Positions 25,421 through 40,329 of a DNA stretch of 64,000 nucleotides are shown here, in pieces; position 1 is the first letter of the stretch, and each line of letters begins with the position of its first letter. Made by a program: the position numbers and the translations under genes. Where the stretch lies: assembly GCF_009914755.1 (NCBI RefSeq), contig NC_060926.1. One strand, written 5' to 3'. The stretch is from the human T2T-CHM13v2.0 reference genome, Homo sapiens. The notes beneath the pieces were generated by a model. It searched no databases. It had not been told where the DNA came from and saw nothing but the letters and a program-made list of their open reading frames with translations.

Positions 25421-28334
25421 GTGTAGCATTTAGAATATACTTTCAGAGCAGTTTATGTGCTTAACTAATAGAAGAATCCTGGGACATATACCAGGATTGG
25501 ATGACTACATAAGCAATTCAGCGTCTACAGCATGCCCACTGAATGCGTTGTGATTGGGGGAATCACAAAGAGCAGACGAGTGGGGTCCATGACAATGGAG
25601 AGAGCATCAGTGTCATTTATACTGGCCTTGCTAAATCTACACAAAGCTCTTCATAGTACTTAGGATTTTAAAAATCTCTCAGATGGCACCACAGCAGGCT
25701 AATGTGGTGGCATGTTCTGAAGGCATTAATTTGCTTTTTTTCTCTTGCTAAATAGAGGAAAAAAGTGAATTTTAGTAATTAATAGGCACTTACCCTTCTT
25801 TCGTCATATTGTCAGCTTCAGTTGGTTTCTGTCTTGCCATTAACATGTCTAATGCATATGTCAAGCGGAAGCCTGACATGCTAGTGGCAAACAGAATATT
25901 ATGTAAAGGCGGCAATGTGTTAAAACAATTGAGCGAGCAAGCACTAAAGTTTGCTGCTCAGGCCATATGTTGTAGTGTTTAATTTCCCGTAGTGGAGAAA
26001 CATGGTTGTCAGAGAAAAAGATGATGAATACATTTACTTTGGGCAACTTATTACAATGAAGAATGACTTTCCAGAGGAAGGGAACAGAAGAATTAGGCTT
26101 GCATCGGGAGCATATGGGAGGCATTCAGACATAGGCAGGATAGCCAGGACTGCGTGTGCTTTCAAATGAAAGACACTTAATCAATGCATGTGGCTGGTGT
26201 TGACATATGGAAGTGAGAAATGGGTTTTGATTTGGAAGACAGGAAGAAGGTTAACGGTAGTACAGGTGGTTACAGAATGATTGATACTTTGAGTAACTAA
26301 CAGAGAACGAAAATGTGACTTTTTTAGTTGGGCAACAGACTCCAGAGAACAATGTAATTTAGAAAAATACAGAACGTGAAATGATCCAGGGCAGGTCACC
26401 TGGCTACAAGAAGAGCTGACAGACAGAACAAGCTGATGATCCTGTGGTGTGAGCCAATGGTGGTAAAAGCCGACGTGCTGGGTAACAAGCAGAGGCCAAG
26501 AGCTCTAACGGGACAAATCAGAAAGTGCTGAGGCTGTGGGAGAACATTTATCCACACCCCACGGGAGATGATGGCTAACAATTTTCCCAGGCTTAACGTG
26601 GTACAAATTTGATTTGCTCACCTAGAGCAGACTTGGAGCATCGGAATATCTAAATAAAGTTGGGGAAAACATCTGCTGATATCAAGATCCTATGGAGGGG
26701 ACCTGATAGACAAATAAACATTGTTTGTATGTTTTCCTCCCTACAACAATGATTTCTAGGTAAGCCTATGCACTCACTTTCTTTTCTTTAGTTCCAAAAA
26801 TGCATAGGAGAGGTTTCTTCAATTACCTTTATCCAAGTGGTATTTAATCCCATCTTTCAGGGGTCAAAGGTTGGCTCATGTACTTGGTAAAGCAACCTAT
26901 GATTTAATATTTCAATCCTGCATTCTCCACTTGTTTTTAGTTACTTGGTTAGTGGGGATGGCCTTGGGGAGATAATGTTTCAGGAGAGGTGATTTTGATC
27001 ACTAATGATTATTACAAAGAATATATAATGACCAGATCCTACTCAAAATACCATAAATACCTACAGTTAGGACTTGCTGTGTTCGCTAAGACATGATACT
27101 AAATTGGTGCCTCATAATGCTTCATTTAAAGTGGATTAGAGTAATGGGTTTAACAGTAAAAGGCAGCGTGGTGGTGTTTTATAAATTGAAAGCACTTGCC
27201 AGACACTTGAAATGTTGATTTAGCTAACAAAATCTTTTTTTTTTTTAACTCAAACTTCTCATGGGTCAAAGAAGTTAGAAGTCTCCCTTCAGATGTTTCA
27301 AGTATGAGACTTTAAAATAAATACTGAACCCAAGCAACTCTTTTCACACTAGTCTTTAACTGGTGTGAGGAGGTGTGAGGAGGTGAGCTGAGAGAACAGG
27401 GAGGGACTATTAAAAACGGAATATGGAGATTTTGAAGTACTGGTATTTGCCTGCAAGTCGAAGAGTAGCCCATCTGATTCCATATTTTGTTTATGCTCTG
27501 TTAGTCCTTACATTTTTCTGAAAATTTAGTTTTAGACAAGGAGAGTCTATGAGTTGCAGATGGTATTGATTAAATTCTATGAGTCCAAATTGATCTAACA
27601 TAAATTACCCTTGAAACCAAAGCATAAGAATGAGTGATTAAGGGAAACGCCAGAAATGAGGATAATTAAGTTAAACTACCAATTCTCTTACAATTGTGAA
27701 CAAACAGTGCCTCAGTTTCCTGTATCAGAAAATGAATTTAACACTTCCCCTTCTCATCAAGTACTGTGATGCTCAATTACTCCCTAAAATCTACTTGGAA
27801 ATCTTCACACAAAAGGCGCTATGGATGTGAAATGAAATGTTAGCATTCAGTATCAGATAGTTCTCACTCTCTTTACTCCTTTTCAAGGATCTCCTCCTCT
27901 ACTTTCCACAATATGCCTCTTGCCCTGACACCCTGGGTCCCTTAACTAATTCTCTAATGTCTGAAAACTGCACTTGCAGGTAAAGTGACAATAGACCTGG
28001 AGCTGCCATCACACCCCCTGAAAAATGGTTTAAATCATTTTTTTTTTTCTGAACACAGATGCACTCTTGGGAGTGTGATAGATGGTATAGAAACTAGCAG
28101 GGCAAAACAATCACTGTTAGAGTTACTGAAATCTGTATGACCTAAAAATAGGCAATATGAGCTTCATAAATGGCAGAGGTGGGATCATTGTAATTGTTGA
28201 AGGTGCACAGGCTCTATGCACATCTGATTTGAGGGAGGAAAAATAAAGTGAGCCCAGTCCTTGTAGGGTTTGAGTACAGTGGGTTAAGCAGGGAGTGGTT
28301 AAGTGGAAAATTATCAGAGAGGAATAAGTGACCA

Positions 28335-28510
28335 GTATGTGAGATCTGACTTTCTGTTTTTCAAGAAAATATAGAAATATGGATTTTTATGTGAACTCCC
28401 TCAAATGTTAAATGTTGTTGACAATTTTTTAAAAATAAGATTGTTTGTCAAACAGAACATGTATGCAGGCCATGTGGGATCTCTGGATCATCAGTTTGCT
28501 ACCTTTGATT
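28335..28510. mobile_element. MER103-like hAT-Charlie fragment
   Basis: agatctgactttctgtttttcaagaaaatatagaaatatggatttttatgtgaactccc...cagtttgctaccttt. Confidence 0.55.
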
Positions 28511-28644
28511 TGAAAAATGTCTCAAGGCACAATAATGTACTTTTCAGATAGAGGCTCAGGACTGCATGGGCTCCTTTCTGGAGCAAAAGATCTCTTTTTC
28601 ATTGATTGTAGCTGAAATCCTCCCCATGTGTAGAATTGTCCTTA

Positions 28645-29200
28645 AGCCAGTTCAATAACAGTAATTCCTGGAGACCAACCACACGCCAGGCACTGTCGGG
28701 AATATAGAATGTGAATGACACAGGCCCTATCCTCAAACTGCTCACAGACTAGGAGGCAAGATTAGACAAATTCACTAATACCCTCAACATAAGGAGGAAT
28801 GGAATAAGTGCCAAGACAGCAGCACAGACCAAGTGCCCTGGGGCTCCAAGGAGGGAGTGAGCACAGACAGCCGTGGGTTTCAGGGAAGACAACTTCAGGG
28901 AGGGAACGCCTGAAATGAGCCGTGAGGGTAGATGGGGTTTTGGCAGATGGAGATGCTGGAAGAGGGCATTTCTAGCAACTGCATGAGCAAGGACATGAAT
29001 GCGGGAGAGGCTGGGGCTTGGGAAGTATGCACAGGCTAGTTCGGCTGAAGTGTAAGATGTGTGTGGGAGATTAGTGGAGATAAAGCCTGGGCAAAACAGT
29101 GGGCTCCATATTGTGGAGGGCCTTGAATGCTCTGGTGGGGTCTATGCACCTGACTGTAAATAATGAGGGGGAAATGAAGGAGGTTGAACTGGATAGACTT
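28645..29200 (-). mobile_element. L2 LINE 3' region
   Basis: gccaggcactgtcgggaatatagaatgtgaatgacacaggccctatcctcaa...gaagagggcatttctagc...ggagggccttgaatgc. Confidence 0.75.
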
Positions 29201-29789
29201 GTACCTCGTCAATTTCTATTTGCCTGAATCCATCTACCTAAAGACACTGACGACTTTCAGTTCTCCAGCATAACTAACTGCTGTTAAGTCTCTGGCTAAT
29301 ATAAGCCCAGGTGGGCTGTATATTAGGAGTTCTTTCCCTCCAGTGAGTGAGATCTAGAATTAGGTTTACTTTTGTAAATCTGGAATTCATGATGCCTAGG
29401 GCTTGTGCTCAGTCCACAAGATGGCATTTTCTCCCATGTTACTGATGTACACTCAAGAACTAGAATTCAGCCTTGAACCCAACTAAGCCTGCCTAGAGCT
29501 CTAACCAAACCTTCTTCATGCTTGCTGACTTAATGATAGAGTGTGAGAGGAATGCACTGTGCTCTGTCTGATCTCAGAAACTAGCTGGAAAACCTTTCCA
29601 ATCTGTGTGGACTATCCCTCAAAAAGCAGGGCCTTCACCATCTGATTGGAATACTTAAGGCTGACAGATTCCCACTACCGTGACATTCTCACTCGTGGAT
29701 ACTGCAGTTTGGGTGGCTGACTACTCTCTTTGGAGCCACATTCCTTACTTTCACATATTGTCCTCATCTTGCAGGATTTATAAATTGAT

Positions 29790-29945
29790 ATTAATTTAAA
29801 TAAAATTAAATTAAAAATACAATTCTTCCATTGCACTAGCCACATTTGAGGTGCTCAATAGCCACAAGTGGTTAGCAGCTGCCTTATTGGACAACACAAC
29901 TATAGGACATTTCCATCATTGCAGAAAGTTCTATCAGATAATCCT
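29790..29945. mobile_element. MER3 hAT-Charlie element
   Basis: gcactagccacatttgaggtgctcaatagccacaagtgg...acatttccatcattgcagaaagttctat. Confidence 0.85.
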
Positions 29946-31026
29946 AAATACTCTGCTTTGTTTATTAACCGAATGGCTCACTCTTGAAACATGACAACGT
30001 GGCTATAGGTGCACATGCATTCATGCACAAACCCACGCTGAGCTGATATAGCTTTACTGTCAGCTTTCATCTGCCTGAAATGGGGTAGCAGAATAGAGGA
30101 AGAAAGAAATACTATTTGAGGGACTGACATGCACACCAAGGAACAGATATTTGACTGGAAAATTTCATCAGAATGGAATGTAAACTAATAAAACTAAGGG
30201 AAAAAAGCAGAAAGGAAAGGAAAGTAGTGATACACTGTATAATTCTAGAGCATTAATAAAAATACATCAATATGAATCACAGGAAATTATTACAACCCCT
30301 GGATAAGTATAAACAAGGGCCATATTTGAAATAGAGTTTCAAATTATAAGGTATTATACACAATAAAAGATATTGTGAAACTCTGCAAAGAGGTGCCATT
30401 GAGAGAAACCAAAAATGCCTCCAGCCTGTACACATCTTGTTTGCTCATAAAAATCAAGGATATTGAACTTTTGAACTCTATACCAATGGAAATTTAACAT
30501 GCTCACGCTTAAGATGGTGTCATAAGAGAGTGAAACTTGTTAATATGGGTCCTAGAGTACCTGCATGCTGTTTGGAGACCCCAGACTCCAGAAGGGACCC
30601 TGGACTAGCAAGTAGACTCTGTGAAGCAAAGATCTAGTTGGTCATGTGCTCCAAGTATCCCTAGAGTTTAGTACAGCACCTATTATACAGAACACTGTAA
30701 ATAAATGTTTGTTAAATGAATGAAGAAAAGGACAGATGAGTAAAGTAAGACTTTGAGTGGCCCCATGTTAATCTGGAGCCTTCACTTTTATCCTAAGATA
30801 AACTTGTTAGCCTCCTTAGAGTCAAGCATGGGACTCAATTATTTATTCTTTGATTAAAAATATATACAATTTTTGAAAAGATTATATAGTCAAATGATTC
30901 CAAATATGCATATAGACGTAAAGTGAGATATCTTAGATTCCTGTACCCTATACCCCCAGTTCCGATGCCCATCTCTTACTAGTAACCACTGTATTTAGTT
31001 TCTTATAAATTCTTCCAGTTTTTTAA

Positions 31027-31442
<416 letters not shown>

Positions 31443-32069
31443 GCATTTTGCCTTTTTTCATTCAACATCTCTTGAGTATCTTTCCTCATTGCTATGGAGG
31501 CAGCTCACTCTTTTATTTTTTTAACTTTTGTAGTATTCTGTTGTATCAATGTATCACAATTTACGTAAACTGTTTATTTTAGCAATGTACTGGATTGAAC
31601 AATGTAGGTTATTTCAAATTTTTGGTCTTGCAAACAATACTGATGTAAATACCTTAAACATATGTCCTTTCATTCATTTGCAAGTACATATGTAACATAA
31701 ATTTCCAAAAGTAAAAGTGCTGGGGTGAAAGATGTATGCATTTGTAATTTTGATGGATTTTGCTAAATTGCTCTCCATATGGGGTTATGCTAACATATAC
31801 TCTCACAAGCAATGTACGAGAGAGCGTTTCTTACAGCCTCGTCAATGGAGTGTATTATCAGACTTTGGGATTTTTGCCAACCTGATAGGAGAAAAATGGT
31901 ATCTCAATATAGTTCTAATTTGCATACATTTTATTATGAGTGAAGTCGAGCATCTTTCCAAATGTTTAAGAGCCATTTGTATTTCATTTTGTGTGAACTA
32001 TGTGTTTATATCTTTTGCCTAGTTTTTCCTATTAGCTTGCTAGGCTCTCAATTTTGTACTTGTAGAAAC

Positions 32070-32211
32070 ATTTATTTATTTTTATTATTTTTGTAGAGGC
32101 AGGGTCTTGCCATGTTTCCCAGCCTGGTCTTGAACTCCTGGCCTCAAGCAGTCCTCCTGCCTTAACCTTCCAAAGTGCTGGGATTACAAGTGTGAGCCAC
32201 TGTACCTGGCT
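32070..32211 (-). mobile_element. FLAM (free left Alu monomer)
   Basis: gtagaggcagggtcttgccatgtt...caaagtgctgggattacaagtgtgagccactgtacctggc. Confidence 0.85.
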
Positions 32212-32961
32212 GAAAGTTTTTATCTATAAATAGACATTAGCCATTTGTTTATACATGATTTGCAAGTTTCTTTTTTAGTTTGTTGGGTCTTCTATCTTTT
32301 GCTTTTGCTTATGAGTGTGTGTGTGTGTGTTTGTCATATAGAAGTTTTAATTTTTATGTATTTGGGTTTATCAACATTTCCCTTCATGGCTTCTAAATTT
32401 TGAATCAATTTTTAAAAATATTTCCATTCCAAGGATTAAAATTCTACCATGTTTGTTTAGTAATTTTATGGTTTTATTTATACCATCTAAATTTTTGATC
32501 CATTTAGAATTTATCATTGTATAGGATGGGAGGTAAAGATCCAACTTTATTTTTTCCAGGTGCCTACCCTTCTGTCTCAACACCATTTATCAGATAGGCC
32601 ATCGTTTCCCCTCCGGTTTGAGGTGCCATAATGTACACCAAATTTAGGAATGGTGATTGTTGAATTGAGCAGATATTGACAAACATCCTACTTGAACATT
32701 TTACTTGCCTGTCGTGAAAACTGCTGGGGCTGCTTTGATAGGACAGGGAAGAACTTCTGGGTCTTCTAGCTTTGCTACATATCTCCAGTAGGCCCTCTTC
32801 TGGCTCCAAAAACTATGGACAAGAAAGGCAAAGTTCCTTTCATATGAACTTATGAGGGTTTAAGGTCTCTGTAGTCAATGCTTCTTGCACTCCAGATTAT
32901 GGCAGGAGTACAGGCTGTACATTCTCAAAGAGATTACAGGAGCAGGCATTCTAGATTCATG

Positions 32962-33460
32962 TGCTATGATTTAAATGTGTTCCCCAAAGTTCATGTAATC
33001 TCCAATGAGAAATGTAATCTCCAATAAAAAGTGATTAGCTCATGAGGGTAGAGCCCTCATGAATGGATTAATGCTGTTATTTCAAGAGAGGGTTCATTAT
33101 TGCAGGATTGGGTTCCTTATGAAAGGGCAAGTTCAACCTCTTTTTCTCTCTCTCTCACCCAGGATGACATAAATAACTATTCCCGACATTTGGTCCTTTC
33201 ATCATTTTTGATCACGTCATTATGAAATTTGCCCTAGCAATGAGCAAGTCTTAGCTTTCACATTAGAAGAGCTCATACTACATTTGAAAATGATGCCTTC
33301 TGCTATGTTATGATGCAGCAAGAAGACCCTTACCAGATGCAGCTCCTTGATCTTGGACTTCCCAGCCTCCAGAAGCAAGAACCAAATAATTTTCTGTTAA
33401 TTATAAATTACCTAGTCTCTGGTGTTCTGTGATGGCAGCACAATAAAATGGACTAAGACA
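32962..33460 (+). mobile_element. MST-type MaLR solo LTR with a ~130-bp foreign insert
   Basis: tgctatgatttaaatgtgttccccaaagttcatgt...gagccctcatgaatggattaatg...cttggacttcccagcctccagaa...tggactaagaca. Confidence 0.88.
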
Positions 33461-35229
33461 AATAGAAATAGAAAATTGTCTTTGATGGTAAACTGCTTTG
33501 CCCAAGTGTTTTCTTTATCTGAAAAAGGAGGAAACTGAAGTAGGTGCACTCTAAGATCCCTGTAAGTGCTGACATTCCGTGAATGGTAAGCAGAACAGTC
33601 TGATATGAACATTTCAGCCTCACGTCAAGAGGGCTGGATTGTATTCCACACTCAGTTACTGGCTCCACTGCATAAATCGTGCCCTCCAATGAGGTCAGCG
33701 CCAGGGCTCTGTGTGTAAATCTGAGAAGCAGACTGACCACTTGTGAAATGGCTAGAGAATGGGAGCACAGATATAGAAAGATTTATGATGTAGCAGGAGA
33801 TTTGCAAGACTATGAGGGAATGAGAGAAGGCAAGTATGCACTCTCATTGCAATTTCTAAGCCTGTAATCATCTATCTGCAAACTTTTGAACCTGTCCTAT
33901 TGCCCTCCTAGGGCTTATACACTTTGACATTTTCAAATATAGTATGAACTCTTCTAATGTGAAAGCAAAGACTCTTGCTCATTGCCAGGGCAAATTTCAA
34001 GATAACATGACCAAAGATGGTGAAAGGACAAAATGTTGGGAGTAGTTATTTACATCATCCTGGATAAAGAGCCCCACGGGTACCATATCAAAAGCTCTGT
34101 TTATGACATTCAAAAAAACCTAGCCAACTAGCAGCAGGAGGTGTTGGATGGGCTGGCAAACATTCTTTTTCTTTTGTAGATGCTAAAAGCATCACAGATT
34201 TAAATCATAGATTGGAATAACATATCTAAGAATGGCTGGGAGGCAAACATATTTGAGTTTAAACAATATGCATTAAAAATACGAATAACCATCTTCCTGT
34301 ATTAATCACGTCAAATGATTTTGTTTTTCTACACTATGCAGATGTCTCTTGCTAAGCAAAGTAACACATTTCTATTTCAAGGCTATTAACAGTGGAGCAG
34401 CTGTACACTACCAGATAATTTTTAGAAATCATAATGAAATTAAACAGCAGATACAAAAAGAAAAAAAAAGATGCCTTCTTTAGAGCTGTGCTGGTTGATG
34501 ATATTATCTTATTAAATATATATTTCAAGTACATGATACATTTCTATAGAGTGATATTAGATCAGTAAATTGTAACTAATTGGGACAGAACCTTGAGGTT
34601 CACAAAAAATCCCCACATTAAGAGAACAAAATGCTTTCTTCTAAAGGATCAAGACAACGATTTATTCATATAGTATGACTCTCTGTTAAATGTGTAAAAG
34701 ATGTTCTGTAGGTGAAGCACCAATTGATGCTGAAGAGTGCACTATGAAGTTTCCAGTAGCAGCATCAGTTAATAGCATTTACTGAATAACCACTGTGTAC
34801 AAAATGGCATTCAGCATTCAACTCTGGAAGTTAAGTGTCTGTATTTTACCCATTACTTCCAGTAAGGGAAATGGAGTGTTTTTGTTTTGTTTTGTTTGAG
34901 AGAGAATATAAAAAACTGAGATGTATATATCAAAACATAATATATGTATCCATTTCACAGTTCTTACTCTTTTTACTCTTTTTATTCCTGCTTTTGTGAA
35001 CTATAATTGTATATATTTACGATTTACAACATGATGATTTGGTATGCATATATATTGTAAAATGATGAGCATGATCAATTTAGTTAACACATCCATCACC
35101 TCACATAGCTACCATTTTTTTCTGTGTAGTGAAAACACTTAAAGTCTACTCTTTTAACACATTTCAAGTATAAAATATAATATTATTAACTATAGTCACG
35201 ATGCTTTATATTAAATCCCCAGAATTTAC

Positions 35230-35395
35230 CTTTATTTATTTATTTTTTAGGTGTGGGATCTCACTCTGTCATCCAGGCTGGAGTGCAGTGGCGGATCATA
35301 ACTCACTGCAGCCTCCAACTCCTGGACTCAAGCGATCCTCCCGCCTCAGCCTCTCAAGTAGGTGGGATTATATGCATACGCCCCAATGCCCAGCT
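35230..35395 (-). mobile_element. Alu right-arm monomer (FRAM-like) in L1
   Basis: gatctcactctgtcatccaggctggagtgcagtgg...caagtaggtgggatta; flanked by repeated cagaattta. Confidence 0.85.
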
Positions 35396-36096
35396 CAGAA
35401 TTTATTTATCTTTTAACTGAAAGCTAGTATACCTTGAGCAACATCTCCCCATTTCCTCCACTCTCCAGCCCCTGGAAATCACCATTCTATTCTCTGTTTT
35501 TATGAGAGTAACAGTTTTAGAGTTTATATATAAATGAAATCATGCAGTATGTGTCTTTCTCTGCCTGGTTTATTTCACTTAGCATAATGCACTTCAGGTT
35601 TATCCATGTTATCACAAATGGCAGAATTTTCTTCTTTTTATGGCTAAGTAATATTCTATTGTGTGTGTGCATATTTTTTTACCTTCCATTGTGTGAGTAT
35701 ATACATTATATATGTGCGTATGTATATATAGACATATATGTGTGTATAAACACACACACTGCATTTCTTTTACCCATTTATCAATTGAAAAATTTTGGTT
35801 GTTCTCATGTCTTAACTATTTTGAATAATACTGCAATGAACAGGGGAATGCAGATATTTCTTTGAGATGCTGATTTTATATCCTTCAGATATATATCTCA
35901 AGAGAAGTGGCATTGCTGGATGATATAGTGGTTCTATTTTTAACTTTTGAGTAGCCTGCGTATTGTTTTCCATAATGGCTCTGCCAATTTACATTTCTAC
36001 CAACAGAACACAAGGGTTCCCTTTACTTCACATCCTCACCAACACTTGTTATTTCTTGTCTTTTTGATAATAGCAATTCTGACATGTATAAGGTGA

Positions 36097-36551
<455 letters not shown>

Positions 36552-39333
36552 CTCCATTGCCCATTTTTTAATTGAATTGTTAGTTTTTTATTTATTTTTT
36601 GCTGTTGAGTTGTATGAGTTTCTTATATATTTTGGATATTAACCTCTTATCAGATATATAAAGTTTGCAAATATTTTATCCCATTCCATAGGTTACCTTT
36701 TTACTTTATTGTTTCCTTTGCTGTGCAGTAGCTTTTTAGTTTGATGTAGTCACACTTGTTTACTTTTGCTTTTGTTGCCTGTGCTTTTGCTTTTGGTATC
36801 ATACTTACCCAAAAAAATAATTGCCAAGATTAATGTCAAGAAGCTTTTATCCTATGTTTTCTTCCAGGATTTTTATGGATTCAGGTATTACATTTAAGTC
36901 GTTAATCCAGTTCAAGTTAATTTTTGTAAGTGGTGTAAGACAGGGGTCCAATTACATTCTTTTTTATGTGGATATCCTGTTTTTCCCAACACTAATTATG
37001 GAAGAGACTATTCTTTCTCAATTACATATTCTTGGTGCCCTTGTCAAATATTTGTTGACCATACATGTATGGATATAGTTCTAGGCTCTCAATTCTGTTC
37101 CTTTGTTCTATGTGTCTGCTTTTACACCAATGTCAAACTGTTTTGATTACTAAAGCTTTGTAATATAGTTTGAAATCAGGAAGCATGTTGCTTCCAGCTC
37201 TGTTCTTCTTTCCAAAGATTGCTTTGACTTTTTCATGTATTTTATTGTTTCATATAAATTTTAGTGCTGTTTTTTCTATTTCTGTGAAAAAATGCCATTG
37301 AAATTTTGATAGGTATCACATTGAATCTATGGATTGCTTTGGCATGTGTAAACATTTTAACAATATAGATTCTTCTAATCCATGAACATAGGACACCTTT
37401 TCATTTATTTGTGACATCTTCAATTTCTTTCATTAGCGCTTTATAGTTTTTAGTACATAGATCTTTCATCTCCTTGGTTAAATTTATTTCTAAGTATTTT
37501 TTGATGTGATTGTAAGTGAAATTGTTTTATTTCTTTATTCAGATATTTTGTTGTTTGTGTAGAGAAATGCAATGGATTCTTTGTATGTTGATTTTGTATC
37601 CTGCAACTTTACTAAATTTATTAGTTTGAACACTTTTGATGTAATCTTTAGGGTTTTAAAAAATACATAAGATTATGTCATCTGCAAACAAGGACAATTT
37701 CCCTTCTTCCTTTCTGATTTGGATGACTTTTATTTCTTTTTCTTGCCTAACTGCTCTGGCTAGGACTCCAAGGTACCTTGTTGAATAGAAGTGCAAAGAG
37801 TGGCATCCTTGTCTTCCTTCCTCCCTTTCTAATCTCAAAGGAAAAGCTTTTACTTTTCACCATAATATGGTGAGATCTGTGGGTTTGTCATATGCAGCCT
37901 TTATTATGATGAGGTGTTTTCCATCTATACCCAATTTGTTGAAAGTTTTTATCATAAAAGAAGATTGAATGTTGTTAAATGCTTTTTCTACCTCTATTGA
38001 GATGATAATATGATTTTTATCTTTCATTTTGTTGATGTGTTATATCACATCTATTGATTTGTGAAGCCATCCTTGCATCCCAGGGATAAAGTCCACTTAC
38101 TCATGGCGAATTATGCTTTTAATGTGCTGCTGCATTTGGCTTGCTAATATTTTGTTGAAAATTGTTTCATCTATGTTTTTCAGTGATATTGGCCTGTAAT
38201 ATTCTTTTCTTGTACTGTCCTTGTCTGGCTTTGTTATCAGGGTAAACCTGGTTACATAAAATGAGTTTTGAAGTGTTCCCTCGTCTTCAATTTTTTTGGA
38301 AGAGTTTGAGAAGAATTGGCATTAATTATTTAAATGTTGGGTAAAATTTAGCAGAAAAGCCATCAGGTCTTTGATTTTCTTTTATGGGATACTTTTTGTT
38401 ACTAACTCATTCTCCTTACTTGTTATGGAACTGTCCAAATTTTCTAGTTCTCCATGATTCAGTCTTGCTAGGTGTATGTGTCTATGAATTTATCTATTTC
38501 TTCTGAATTGTCCAATTTGTTGGTATATAATTGTTCCTAGTAGTCCTGTGTGACCCTTTGTAGTTCTGTATCAGTTGTAATATCTCGTCTTTTACTTCTG
38601 ATTTTATTTGAGACTTTTCTCTTTTTATCTTAGTCTAGCTGAAGTTTTGTTGATTTTATATATCTCTTCAAAAAACTAACTCTTAATTTTGTTGCTCTTT
38701 TCTATTGGTTTCCTATTCGTTATTATTTTATTTATTTATGCTCTAATATTTATTATTTCCATTCTTCCACTAACTTTGGGCTTAGTTTGTTCTTTTTCTA
38801 GGTTTTTGAGGTTTAAGTTTGGTTGTTTATTTGAGATCTTTCTTTTTTTCTTAATGTAGGCATTTATTGCTATAATCTTCCCTCTTACAATAACTTTTGC
38901 CACACCCCACAGTTTTGGTATGTTGTATTTTCATTTTCATATGTCTCAAGATATTTTTTGTTTCCCTTTTGATTTCTTCTTTGACCCATGGGATGTTCAG
39001 GAATATGTAGTTTAATTTCCATGTATTTGTAAATTTTCAAATTTTCTTCCTTATTGATTTCTGGTTTCATACCATAGTGCTTAGAAATGACACTAGATAT
39101 GATTTCAGTCACTTTGGGTTTAAGAACACAGATAGGTTGAAAGTATAGGCATGGACAAAGTCTCTACTCTTATTGTATTGCTGTTTATTTCTCCTCTCAG
39201 TTCTGTTAATATTCACTTTATATATTAGGTGCTCCAAAGTTAAATGCATAAATATTTACAATTGTTATATTTTCTTGATGAATTAACACCTTTATCATTA
39301 TATAGTAACCTTCTTTGTCTCTTGTAACAGTTT

Positions 39334-39729
39334 AAAAATATTTACTTATCCTTAATTGACAAAAATTGTATATATTTATTGTTTACAACATTTTTGAAGT
39401 ATGTAGATAGACACTATAAAATGATTAGATAGGATTTATCAACATATGCATTACCTCACATACTTATCTTTTAAAATGCAAGAACATTTTAAATATACTC
39501 TTAATGATTTTCAAAAATACAATATATTTCTAACTATGGTCACCATGTTGTACAAGAGATTTATTGAACCTAATCCTCATGTCTAACTAAAGATTTGTAT
39601 CCTTTAACCAACATCTCCCCAAACACCTCCCAGAGAGTTTCCCCTGGTACCTACCATTCTACTCCCTGATTCTATGAGTTCAACTTTTTTTAGATTTCAC
39701 AATAAATGAGATCATATGGCATTTGTGTT
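39334..39729 (-). mobile_element. 5'-truncated L1MA6/7-like 3' end nested in the L1MA9-like ORF2
   Basis: aattgacaaaaattgtatatatttatt...caacatatgcattacctcacatacttatc; perfect 14-bp TSD tcttgtaacagttt at 39320-39333 and 39730-39743. Confidence 0.92.
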
Positions 39730-40329
39730 TCTTGTAACAGTTTTTTTTCCTAAAATCTATTTTGTCTAATATAAGTATAGAATTTGTCCATGCCTTACTT
39801 TCAACCTATCTGTGTTCTTAAACCTGAAGTGAGTCCCCTGTAGGCAGCATAAAATTGAATCTTTTTTTCTCCACTCTGTCATTTTAGTCTTTTGATTGAG
39901 GAATTCAATCCATTTACATTTAAAGTAATTATTCATAGGTAAAAACTTATTGCCATTTTGTGAATTGTTTTGTGACTGTTTTTTAGTTATTTTTTTCCTT
40001 TTTTCCTCTCTTTCTAGCTTCCTTTATGATTTGATGACTTTCTGTGGTGGTATGCTCTGATTCTTTTCTCTTAGTCTTCTGTGTATCCACTACAGGTGTT
40101 GCTATTACCGTGAGATTTACATAAAACATCTTATAGTTATAACATTATATTTTAAGCAGATATAACTTGAGTATATGTAAAAACTATACTTTTACTTCCC
40201 ACCTCACAGTATAGATTATTGATGTTATAATTTACATTTTTATGTCTGTGTTCACTAACAAATTATTATAATTATAATTATTGTTAAGTTATTTATTTTT
40301 TAACTATTATAGTAGAGTTGAAAATGATT

